Positions 1 to 7,493 of a DNA stretch of 40,349 bases are shown here, piece after piece; the stretch's first letter is position 1, and each line of letters starts with the position of its first letter. The notes below the pieces were generated by a model. That model saw only the letters and a list, made by a program, of their open reading frames with translations, did no database searches and was not told where the DNA came from. This DNA comes from a virus. Lineage: Duplodnaviria; Caudoviricetes. The stretch covers positions 1 through 40,349 of the IMG/VR virus record IMGVR_UViG_3300020043_004132; one strand, 5' to 3'. The translations under genes and the position numbers were made by a program.

Positions 1-59
1 AGATCAATGATACTATCAATTCTATCATCTAAGTTTAATACTATTTTCTTTTTGGCCAT
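1..59 (-). CDS. Partial phage protein (MAKKKIVLNLDDRIDSIID...), truncated by window end
   Basis: ATG preceded by TAGGA SD-like leader and open to the end; mirror of 40291-40349. Confidence 0.7.
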   Translation of the reverse strand, partial: MAKKKIVLNLDDRIDSIID

Positions 60-74
60 TTGTTTTATCCTAGT

Positions 75-99
75 GAAATGGGGATATTGCTATCCTCAC
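75..99 (-). terminator. GCAA-tetraloop hairpin after decoration gene (mirror copy)
   Basis: GTGAGGATA-GCAA-TATCCCCAT-TTC on the minus strand. Confidence 0.45.
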
Positions 100-104
100 T
101 ATAA

Positions 105-452
105 TTATCTTCTAATAACAACAGTTATAGCTAATGGTTGAGTCGTAGAAGATCCACCATCTGATGTAATTGTTATGTATTGACCCTCAGAAACATTATT
201 AGCAGCTGTTGGTTCAGCAGTATCAATATCTCCGTCAGCTGAATCTGTGTAAGCTATTGTAAGTCCACCACCTGTTACAGTAGTTCCATTTACAGCAGTT
301 GTTACAGCAGCGTTAGCTGTTGTGATTGCGCCACCTAATACAGAAATAATTTTAATAATTTTTCCATCATCAGGTACAGCAATGTTAACTGAACTAGCAG
401 CAGATACATCAGCTAATCTAGCAGTTAAAAAGTAGTCGTTTAATGTTCTCAT
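105..452 (-). CDS. Putative capsid decoration/minor head protein, pelagiphage-like podovirus
   Basis: 115 aa, Ala/Thr/Gly-rich beta-type protein directly downstream of the major capsid gene; SD TAGGA. Confidence 0.6.
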   Translation of the reverse strand: MRTLNDYFLTARLADVSAASSVNIAVPDDGKIIKIISVLGGAITTANAAVTTAVNGTTVTGGGLTIAYTDSADGDIDTAEPTAANNVSEGQYITITSDGGSSTTQPLAITVVIRR

Positions 453-509
453 TTTGTTTTCCTATGTTTGCTTCGTTCCGTCTTTAGACTTCAAAGACCA
501 AACAAAAGT

Positions 510-537
510 TAAAGAAGGGGAGATTGCTCTCCCCCTC
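510..537 (-). terminator. Intrinsic terminator after podovirus major capsid gene (mirror copy)
   Basis: GAGGGGGAGA-GCAA-TCTCCCCTTC-TTTA. Confidence 0.75.
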
Positions 538-547
538 AAGTTATATA

Positions 548-1492
548 CTATGACGTTGTTAAGTCTGCAACAAGTCCACTAGCACCTTCGTTTCTAGAGA
601 TTAAAGTAAGCTCAACTAAAAGCTGTCTTTTCTCGCTATCACCTGTTTTTGATAATTCAAACATAGTGAAGTCTCTTAAGAAACCTACTGACCAGTAGTC
701 CATATTCAGAACCCACGCATCTCTATCTCTAGAGAATCTGTTAGGTACAACTTCTAGATCACCGAAGTCAGATGAGTAAACATCAATACTTGCGTATAAT
801 GTTTTATCTTCTGAAGCATCAAATCTAGTAGATCCACCTGTGAATCCAGATACTTTTTGTTTGTTGAAAGGACCAACCATTAGTACTGAAGGATTTCCAC
901 CTGCGTTCCATACAGATTTGATAACTGTTTTCAGTTGATCTTCTGTGAAAGCTCTTTGTTTTCCATCAGTTCTAGCATCAGTACCATCACCAGTTGGTGA
1001 TGCACCGCCAGATCCTAATGAGTCATTCGAAAACACCCATGCTCCAAGAGATGCAAATTTTCTTGCAGTTGAAGCATCACCAGTTACTTTAGCTTGGTTA
1101 GCAAGTAAAGTAGCTTCGATGTCTCGTTTTAGTTCTTTTGATTTTTTAGCAATTTGATAAGCTAATTCACTTGCTCTACCAGCTTTATCAACGGCTTCTT
1201 GAGTACCTGTAATAACTACAGTTTTATCCATGATTTGCGTTTTGTTTGCAAGTCTAGAAGTAGCTGTTACTGCATCAAGAGTAGCTTCATCGCCCTCGAT
1301 TACAGCATTAGATGTTGATGCTGCAGCAAGTGCGTCTGTTTGCCATTCGTGTGTTGTTGATTTAACTTGTTCTCTAGCAGCTGCACTCATAAAAGGAGTG
1401 TCAGTTGGAGAAATAGAATAAATCACATCTTGTAAGTCCTCTCTAATACCTACTGCATCGTAAGTATCGAAAGTATTTGATGGTTGTGCCAT
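548..1492 (-). CDS. Major capsid protein, DUF5309/SU10-type (HTVC010P-like podovirus)
   Basis: N-terminal GIREDLQDVIYSISPTDTPF and HEWQTDAL motifs; follows scaffold gene. Confidence 0.9.
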   Translation of the reverse strand: MAQPSNTFDTYDAVGIREDLQDVIYSISPTDTPFMSAAAREQVKSTTHEWQTDALAAASTSNAVIEGDEATLDAVTATSRLANKTQIMDKTVVITGTQEAVDKAGRASELAYQIAKKSKELKRDIEATLLANQAKVTGDASTARKFASLGAWVFSNDSLGSGGASPTGDGTDARTDGKQRAFTEDQLKTVIKSVWNAGGNPSVLMVGPFNKQKVSGFTGGSTRFDASEDKTLYASIDVYSSDFGDLEVVPNRFSRDRDAWVLNMDYWSVGFLRDFTMFELSKTGDSEKRQLLVELTLISRNEGASGLVADLTTS

Positions 1493-1502
1493 TTATTTTT
1501 CC

Positions 1503-2495
1503 TTATTTTTTTTGTGTTATCATTTGAAGTATGGCAGACTGTGCATCTTCCATGCGACCAGTCTTTCTTACTTTCCCAATTTTTTGTTTTATGATATCAC
1601 GAACTGAACTATCTGTTTTAGCAATACCAGCTTTAATAACTTTTGGAGCAGTAACTACCTTTTTTGGAGAAAGGTCTTTAGGTGCTTTAGAGTTTTTAAA
1701 TTGCATAGCATCTTTAAGAACCAATAAGAATCTATGATCTGTTAATGAAGATATTTCATTATCTTTAAATCCATAATCAGCTAAAACTTTTTTAGCATTA
1801 TGTTTAAACTCAGTAGATTTTACTGGATCTGCAAACTCAGGTATGCGTTCTTCTGCAAGTTTTATTTCTTTTTTAAGATAGTTAGTAAATTCACTTTGAA
1901 AAGCTTCATCAGCTTTTTTACGTAAATCATTAATGCGAGTTTGTTGTTGTCTAATTTTAAACTCTAACTTAGCCGCATGACTAGGATCCTCTTCGTATAA
2001 TTTATTAAGATCTGTAGCACCTAACTGTTCTTTAAAGAGTAAATCTGCAGATTGAATTGCATTATTAAGTTCTTTAATTCGAGAATCATAAGTCTGACGT
2101 AAACTCTCTTTTTCACTTTCAAGATTTTTCTTATCAAGTGATAATTGATGAGTTTTTTGTCTGTAATCTGAATCTCTAGAATAACCAGACTTAAGTTCAT
2201 CGAGAGTAACCTCAAGCTCTTGACCTTGTACTTTTACTCGGTGGAGATTTGGTTTCTCAACTTCTTCTTGTTGTGTTGGTTGTTCTGTATTTTCTTCTGT
2301 TATGTTTTCAGTAGCTACGGCTTCTTCAACAATTTCGTCAGACTGTGATTGATTGTCATTTGAAACATCCTGAGTTTTAACTTCAGGCTCTACTGATGGT
2401 TCTGCTTTGACTACTGGTGCTGATTGTCCTTGTTTAGGATTCAGTAAACCAAGTATTTTCTCAGCAGCACCTTGTACAGATTTATCATCTGCCAT
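1503..2495 (-). CDS. Capsid scaffolding protein (podovirus)
   Basis: Acidic disordered N-terminus, VKVQGQELEVTLDELKSGYSRDSDYRQKT motif, coiled coil, upstream of capsid; SD AAGGAG. Confidence 0.85.
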   Translation of the reverse strand: MADDKSVQGAAEKILGLLNPKQGQSAPVVKAEPSVEPEVKTQDVSNDNQSQSDEIVEEAVATENITEENTEQPTQQEEVEKPNLHRVKVQGQELEVTLDELKSGYSRDSDYRQKTHQLSLDKKNLESEKESLRQTYDSRIKELNNAIQSADLLFKEQLGATDLNKLYEEDPSHAAKLEFKIRQQQTRINDLRKKADEAFQSEFTNYLKKEIKLAEERIPEFADPVKSTEFKHNAKKVLADYGFKDNEISSLTDHRFLLVLKDAMQFKNSKAPKDLSPKKVVTAPKVIKAGIAKTDSSVRDIIKQKIGKVRKTGRMEDAQSAILQMITQKK

Positions 2496-2528
2496 ATATG
2501 CTCCTTTAGGGTTATCGTTTCGTAATTA

Positions 2529-2810
2529 TTACGATTGACGTTTTAGGTTATCTAGCTCATGGGCAGCTAGTTTGCCAGTCTCCATTACACTAACAAGATG
2601 TCCTTTAATTTTGTCTAGCATATTAAATGCCATCCAAAGAACTTGTCTTTGTTCGTGGTCGGAATATGAAGTTTTAAATATTTCTAATCTATAAGATTCA
2701 GATAAATATTCAAAAGCTTCCTTCAGCAAGGGTTCTTCTAATAAAATAGAAGCTTGTTTACCCCTGAGAATCTGTTGATCCAGGTTCGATTGTGGAATTT
2801 TGTTGTCCAT
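2529..2810 (-). CDS. Small head-module protein between portal and scaffold
   Basis: 93 aa ORF overlapping the portal stop; position typical of this module. Confidence 0.7.
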   Translation of the reverse strand: MDNKIPQSNLDQQILRGKQASILLEEPLLKEAFEYLSESYRLEIFKTSYSDHEQRQVLWMAFNMLDKIKGHLVSVMETGKLAAHELDNLKRQS

Positions 2811-3288
2811 TATTAAAAAACTCTTTTTGTCCTTCCATTATTTTTTTAAATATATCACCTGTTGTAGCAAGTTTCTGAGATTCTATCATAGATCTGTTCT
2901 TTAAATCAATCTCATTTATTTTAGTATTATATTTAAGTTCTAATTCTTTAATTTGAAGTTCATAATCAAGTAATTTAGCTCTCATTTCAGCTTCAATACG
3001 TTTTAACTCAACATTAGTTTTGATAACTTCTCTTTCGTTTTGACCTTGTACTTGAGCTAATGAAACTTTTTCAAATTCAGTAGGAGGCTTAGGTGGTAAT
3101 TGTGGCATTTGAGCTTGTCCCACATCTGGATCCATAAAGTAAGGATCTACATTACCAAGTCCTGCGTTCTCTATAAGTTTCTTTAATGTATTATAAATGT
3201 TCCTTAAATTAACCATTGGACCGTAAACATTCTGTTGAAGGTTTATAGCTTGTAATTGTCTTTCAAGGATTGAAGTTAATAAAATTAA
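2758..3288 (-). pseudogene. 5'-truncated portal protein (C-terminal ~176 aa), podovirus
   Basis: LILLTSILERQLQA...NIYNTLKKLIENAGL...YFMDP plus a coiled-coil barrel resembles a P22/HTVC010P-type portal C-terminus. The TTG start at 3309 lies in foreign sequence with no SD. Confidence 0.75.
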
Positions 3289-3382
3289 TGTAGTAGGAGA
3301 ATATATCAATATTGAATGGACACAAGAAATTGAAAATATTTGCTTATTACATAATATATCAATGTATCAACCAACTTTTTGA
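3281..3382 (+). pseudogene. 3' fragment of core-phage early gene (KINVVGEYINIEW...YQPTF*), cut at junction
   Basis: Open frame ending in TGA at 3380-3382, directly before the intergenic hairpin motif; no start on the core-phage side. Confidence 0.55.
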
Positions 3383-3394
3383 ACTACAAAATTC

Positions 3395-3417
3395 AGGGGT
3401 GCGACTGCAACGCACAA
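3395..3417 (+). promoter_or_regulatory. Intergenic hairpin motif AGGGGTGCGACTGCAACGCACAA
   Basis: 22/23 identical to 5986-6008 (minus strand); stem GTGCG/CGCAC. Confidence 0.7.
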
Positions 3418-3447
3418 AACTAAAACAATAACTTAAAAACAAAAAAA

Positions 3448-3642
3448 ATGAAAACTATCTACACTATTGCAAACAGAAATTTCACATCTTTAGAATTTGC
3501 TCAAAAATTTGCAAACAAAAACAACCTTGATTTTTCTTTAATTTCAGTAAACAAGACGTATGAATATTTTGCTCCAAAAAATATTTTTATAGGAAAAGAA
3601 AGTCAACAAAAATACAATGAAAGACGTGCTAATTTAATATAA
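3448..3642 (+). CDS. Small early hypothetical protein (IR copy)
   Basis: 64 aa ORF with A-rich leader. Confidence 0.7.
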   Translation: MKTIYTIANRNFTSLEFAQKFANKNNLDFSLISVNKTYEYFAPKNIFIGKESQQKYNERRANLI

Positions 3643-3691
3643 AAAAAATAATTTAACCCAGTTTTCGGATCTGCTCAAAACCGAATTTAAA

Positions 3692-3841
3692 ATGAAAAAA
3701 CAAAATGAGCGTAATGCAGGTAAAAAGCCAAAGTACAAGAGCGAATTTCAAACTACTACTTTGCACGTAAAAATTCCAACCTTTGTAAAAAATGAGTGTT
3801 TGGATGCGATAGAAAAAATTGTTGAACCTTATAAAAACTAA
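3692..3841 (+). CDS. Small putative DNA-binding protein, 49 aa (IR copy)
   Basis: Manually translated MKKQNERNAGKKPKYK...TTTLHVKIP; basic arm plus RHH-like strand-helix pattern. Confidence 0.6.
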   Translation: MKKQNERNAGKKPKYKSEFQTTTLHVKIPTFVKNECLDAIEKIVEPYKN

Positions 3842-3843
3842 AA

Positions 3844-4083
3844 ATGAAAAAGCTATTTAGAAAAATCAAAAAAGTCGAAAAGAAAATCGAGCAAAAAAAT
3901 GAGTATGTTTCTGAGGTTTCAAAGTCAGAATATTACGCTGTATTTGGTACAAGAACAGAGCAAATTGTGGATTTGAATTTGGCATATAAAGATATGTTCG
4001 ATTTAAACAACAAAAGAATAAAATTATTAACCATTCTAAAAACAAAAATAGAAAATGAAATCAACAATAATAGAGCGGTTTAA
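3844..4083 (+). CDS. Hypothetical coiled-coil protein (IR copy)
   Basis: 79 aa ORF in a tightly packed operon. Confidence 0.7.
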   Translation: MKKLFRKIKKVEKKIEQKNEYVSEVSKSEYYAVFGTRTEQIVDLNLAYKDMFDLNNKRIKLLTILKTKIENEINNNRAV

Positions 4084-4237
4084 GTTTGTAGAAACTGCTA
4101 AAAAATGGGGAGTAGATATGTCCCGATGCTGTGTTCAAAGTTTAGATTTTGAAACTCCCGAAAATAAAATTAGCACGTTAAAACCGAGAGCGGAATTTAT
4201 CAAGTCAAATGTAAATTATCAATTCAATGGACGATAG
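4055..4237 (+). CDS. Hypothetical protein (IR copy)
   Basis: 60 aa ORF overlapping its neighbours. Confidence 0.6.
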   Translation: MKSTIIERFKFVETAKKWGVDMSRCCVQSLDFETPENKISTLKPRAEFIKSNVNYQFNGR

Positions 4238-4481
4238 TTTTTCAATTTCAGAATTTGCAATGGCTTATAATTTGTCAAAAAACACAGTTAGAGCAAAAGC
4301 GAGAGAGTGCGGTTTAATTCCCGTTACCAATAACAAAAATTATGAGTATGCTTTGACTTCGGGAGATATAGATATTTTAAAAGATAATTTGTTTAACAAA
4401 AAAAGCAATTTGCCGAAGATTATATATAGAACCGAAGTAATAGTTTACGAAATTTATCCATCAAAAATCAACTTCTTATGA
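4227..4481 (+). CDS. Putative HTH DNA-binding protein (IR copy)
   Basis: FSISEFAMAYNLSKNTVRAKARECG HTH-like N-terminus. Confidence 0.55.
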   Translation: MDDSFSISEFAMAYNLSKNTVRAKARECGLIPVTNNKNYEYALTSGDIDILKDNLFNKKSNLPKIIYRTEVIVYEIYPSKINFL

Positions 4482-4624
4482 ACGAAATAATAAACAACAA
4501 CAATAAGATGCTATTAAAACGCATTTTAAAAGGCATTAAGCCAATTTCACAAAGCAAAGTATATGATTTAGCGTTTCAAGAAAAATGCACCTTAAATTCA
4601 CTTAAAATAGATAAACTAATATGA
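4478..4624 (+). CDS. Small hypothetical protein, 48 aa (IR copy)
   Basis: Manually translated MNEIINNNNKMLLKRILKG...; ATGA overlaps at both ends. Confidence 0.55.
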   Translation: MNEIINNNNKMLLKRILKGIKPISQSKVYDLAFQEKCTLNSLKIDKLI

Positions 4625-4854
4625 AAACAGCAGTAGAATTGTTAGAAAGTAAATTTTATGAATTTGAAACAATTTATAATAACTTTCCCGCAAGGTTATA
4701 TGAATATATTGAACAAGCCAAAGAAATGGAAAAGAAACAGATAATTGAAAGTTATTGTCAAGGATGTTTTGATATCAACAAAGATAATAGCATATTCCCA
4801 AGAGAAACTAGCGAACAATATTACAAAGAAACATTTAAAACCAAAAAATTATGA
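4621..4854 (+). CDS. Hypothetical protein (IR copy)
   Basis: 77 aa; KTAVE...EQAKEMEKKQII...EQYYKETF pattern seen in Bacteroidota phage small proteins. Confidence 0.7.
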   Translation: MKTAVELLESKFYEFETIYNNFPARLYEYIEQAKEMEKKQIIESYCQGCFDINKDNSIFPRETSEQYYKETFKTKKL

Positions 4855-5285
4855 GCAAACAATTATTTGAATTGATGCGAGAACAAGAATCTTTTCCGAT
4901 TCATTTCGGAAAAAAAGATTACATTTCACGAGGAAAAGAAATCGTGAATGAAGTTCTTCAGAATGGCGAAATTGACAAAATTGAATTTTGGACAAAAGTC
5001 GCAAAAATTAAAGAATCAATCAACGCAATGGATTCACAACTTCGTGAACAAATTACATTGACAGAAAAAACAACTTTGAACGGAGTTGAATTTAATCCAG
5101 TTCAAGGCGGTGTTTCAATCAATTACGACGAAGACATCGTTTATCAAGAATTTAAGAAACAATTAAAAGAACGTGAAGAACTTTTAAAATTAGCACAAAG
5201 AATGGAAGTACCAGATATGTACGGAAATATTGTTCCAAAAGTATCAACAACACCAAGAAAATCAAGTATAACAATTAAATTTTAA
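4851..5285 (+). CDS. Conserved replication/recombination-region protein (left allele)
   Basis: 144 aa; differs from 35065-35499 at 3 residues (YDEDIVYQ vs YEEDEVYR). Confidence 0.75.
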   Translation: MSKQLFELMREQESFPIHFGKKDYISRGKEIVNEVLQNGEIDKIEFWTKVAKIKESINAMDSQLREQITLTEKTTLNGVEFNPVQGGVSINYDEDIVYQEFKKQLKEREELLKLAQRMEVPDMYGNIVPKVSTTPRKSSITIKF

Positions 5286-5289
5286 TCAA

Positions 5290-5967
5290 ATGAGCAGACA
5301 AGCAGAATTTCAGACACAAAGTTCAAATCCGACAAAGTATTATTTTGAATGGAAATCAGACGACAAAACCTTTGCATATTATGACAAAGAAAAAAAAGAA
5401 AACGTAAAAATTGAATTGCCGTTTAAGTTTTTGACACTTATGGAATTTCACACAATTAAAGGCTGGAACGACAAAAATCAATCTGGCGTTTATTCTAACG
5501 AAGTGAAATCAATCGGTAATGACGAAATCAATGTTAGACTTTTCAAAGGCAATCAATCGGTAAAAGGTATCTACAAAGACATCAAAGAAACTATTGTTGC
5601 AATGGGCGGTCATTACACGAAATCGATTTACATTATGTTAGAATCTGGCGAAATTGCAAACGTGAACATCAAAGGTTCTTCGGTTCAATCTTGGGGTGAT
5701 TTCACACAAAAATCACGTTCACGATTATCAGATGAATGGATTCAAGTTTCAAATGCAATTGAATTGAAAAAAGGAAAGGTCGAATATTCAATACCAGAAT
5801 TTAAGTTCGCACATACTTTGTCAGCGGACCAGGCAATTCAAGCCGATAATGCTTACAATGAATTGAGAAAATATATTGATTCATATTTGGCAAAATCAAT
5901 TGAAGTAATTGAAGACGAAGAAGTTTCAGTTGAAGACATTTTTTGTGATAATTTTTTCATAATATAA
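5290..5967 (+). CDS. Putative ssDNA-binding protein, left allele with junction-derived tail CDNFFII
   Basis: Identical to 34404-35060 for 218 aa; the stop codon is lost at the IR boundary. Confidence 0.55.
   Translation: MSRQAEFQTQSSNPTKYYFEWKSDDKTFAYYDKEKKENVKIELPFKFLTLMEFHTIKGWNDKNQSGVYSNEVKSIGNDEINVRLFKGNQSVKGIYKDIKETIVAMGGHYTKSIYIMLESGEIANVNIKGSSVQSWGDFTQKSRSRLSDEWIQVSNAIELKKGKVEYSIPEFKFAHTLSADQAIQADNAYNELRKYIDSYLAKSIEVIEDEEVSVEDIFCDNFFII
5937..5960 (-). pseudogene. 5' stub of early gene (MKKLSQKM...) cut by the inner IR junction
   Basis: ATG at 5960 with A-rich leader downstream of the hairpin motif; runs into the antisense strand of the SSB-like gene. Confidence 0.5.
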
Positions 5968-5985
5968 TTTTTTAAGTTTTAAAAA

Positions 5986-6008
5986 TTGTGCGTTGAAGTC
6001 GCACCCCT
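5986..6008 (-). promoter_or_regulatory. Intergenic hairpin motif AGGGGTGCGACTTCAACGCACAA
   Basis: Second independent copy of the motif at 3395/36933. Confidence 0.7.
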
Positions 6009-6018
6009 TGTTTATTAA

Positions 6019-6216
6019 TTAATTTTTAAATGTAAACCAGTTTCCGTTGTTATCGTCTGCATAAAATTTACCAGTTGCAAATGAAATCCAAACATTAAAA
6101 TTTGAACTTGCTAAAACTAACATTTTAGCACCATTTGTTTTTTTAATTTTTGAAACTTGTGAAAAAGATTCTGTTCTTGATAATTCGTTTACCTTGTTTA
6201 AAATTGAATTTGTCAT
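6019..6216 (-). CDS. First early gene, hypothetical
   Basis: 65 aa ORF directly downstream of the host-type promoter. Confidence 0.7.
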   Translation of the reverse strand: MTNSILNKVNELSRTESFSQVSKIKKTNGAKMLVLASSNFNVWISFATGKFYADDNNGNWFTFKN

Positions 6217-6248
6217 AATATGTGTTTTTTTAGTTGTTATTTCTTCGA

Positions 6249-6278
6249 CAAATATAAGAACGTTTTTATTAATACAAA
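6249..6278 (-). promoter_or_regulatory. Bacteroidota primary-sigma promoter (-33 TTTG, -7 TATATTTG)
   Basis: Minus strand TTTG (6278-6275), 18 nt spacer, TATATTTG (6256-6249), matching the TAnnTTTG consensus. Confidence 0.8.
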
Positions 6279-6308
6279 ATTAATTATAAAAAAAGATTAA
6301 AAAATACG

Positions 6309-6333
6309 CTAATTTATAATGATTCTAAATAAG
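6309..6333. promoter_or_regulatory. Fur-box-like palindrome CTAATTTATAAT-G-ATTCTAAATAAG
   Basis: Imperfect 12-1-12 inverted repeat; right arm identical to the copy at 23893-23917. Confidence 0.65.
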
Positions 6334-6338
6334 AACAA

Positions 6339-7460
6339 TTAAAAAATATGCGTCAATCTGGCAATTTGTCCGAAGTTTTTATGGTGTAAAAATCCCTCAA
6401 TCGCTTTTGGTGCGTGTTGATACCCGTTTCGGTGGTGCCAAGAATCTGTTCCACTTGGTGAACGAAGACTTTCAATCGTACAACCGATAAAATCTTTTGC
6501 AATTTTATGGTGAACGTGGTGTGTGTAAATATATCGGTGCTTTGAATTGGTCCAGTCTTTTGATTCTGAAGCCATAAGCAAAGGCAAATTTTCTAATTTT
6601 GCGCCGTCGCCGTGAGTAGAACCAATAAGATTGTCGTAATATTTGTAATATTTTCGATGTGAAATTGACACGTCAAACGTTATATTTATACAATCTTTAA
6701 AATATGATTGAATAACTTGTGCAAGAAAAAATCCGTTTGTGTAGTCGTGATTCGAAGGGTTGAAAACAAAGTGAACGTCTGCAACTGGTATCAACATTTT
6801 TAAAACATCGACATATAATTGCTTTGCAATCATAAAATTTTCATACCACATTCCGTCGGTGTCTTGCGGTGTTCCGCTTGTTGTAGTTCGTTTTGGGTTG
6901 TCAATGTGTAGAATGTCATTTCCGCCAATAAAAACAATTTTGTCAATATTGAATCCAGACGATTTGTCAAGAATACCTTTGACACCTTCCAAAGTTCTTT
7001 GAACGGCAATATTTTGATTGTATTTTTCGCCAGTTTCCCATTCGTTACAAAGTTTTCCAATATGAATGTCGGCTGGACTTAAAACAAGACAATGTCCGTC
7101 TTTTATATAATACCTTTCAAATACTGGAAATATTGGTGTAAATTTTTGCAAGTCTTCAATCAATGCATCGGCTAATTGTTTAAATTCTTTTTCTTCTGGT
7201 TTCTCAAAAAGTGGGTTTGTAACACGAACAGATTCCGTTTTTGTCTTCAACCATAACATCGGCGCAGTTGTTGGATCAACTCCAACGTTTTGACACGCTT
7301 CAATAATACCCTTTGAATTGATTTGTCTTCGAATGTAAAAACGCAAAGTGTCTTTTTCAGTACTCGACAATTTTAAATCGTGTTTTTTTACAATAAAATT
7401 TAAGTTTTCAATGTGATTTAAACTAAAATCAATGTCATTGTAGTATTGTTTTGAATCCAT
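6339..7460 (-). CDS. Calcineurin-like metallophosphoesterase
   Basis: DIHIG, GNDILH, NHD, THGD and HVHH metal-binding motifs. Confidence 0.85.
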   Translation of the reverse strand: MDSKQYYNDIDFSLNHIENLNFIVKKHDLKLSSTEKDTLRFYIRRQINSKGIIEACQNVGVDPTTAPMLWLKTKTESVRVTNPLFEKPEEKEFKQLADALIEDLQKFTPIFPVFERYYIKDGHCLVLSPADIHIGKLCNEWETGEKYNQNIAVQRTLEGVKGILDKSSGFNIDKIVFIGGNDILHIDNPKRTTTSGTPQDTDGMWYENFMIAKQLYVDVLKMLIPVADVHFVFNPSNHDYTNGFFLAQVIQSYFKDCINITFDVSISHRKYYKYYDNLIGSTHGDGAKLENLPLLMASESKDWTNSKHRYIYTHHVHHKIAKDFIGCTIESLRSPSGTDSWHHRNGYQHAPKAIEGFLHHKNFGQIARLTHIF

Positions 7461-7493
7461 AATGTGGTTTTAATTTGCGAAATATACAAATTT

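Larger units (their letters stand above)
1..5944. repeat. Left arm of 5944-bp terminal inverted repeat (position p pairs with 40350-p)
   Basis: ORF set mirrors 34406-40349 exactly. Identity ends after GACATTTTTT at 5944 / 34406. About 25 mismatches, confined to 5129-5944 by manual comparison. Confidence 0.98.

Noticed and set aside
1-5. GATC at the extreme termini as a biological or restriction-defined end
   Set aside because: It is a single 4-mer, one base from the end, and is expected by chance; both ends are the same sequence.
5129-5944. Diversity-generating retroelement TR/VR pair
   Set aside because: Mismatches are mostly synonymous third-position changes, not adenine-specific, and no reverse transcriptase is encoded.
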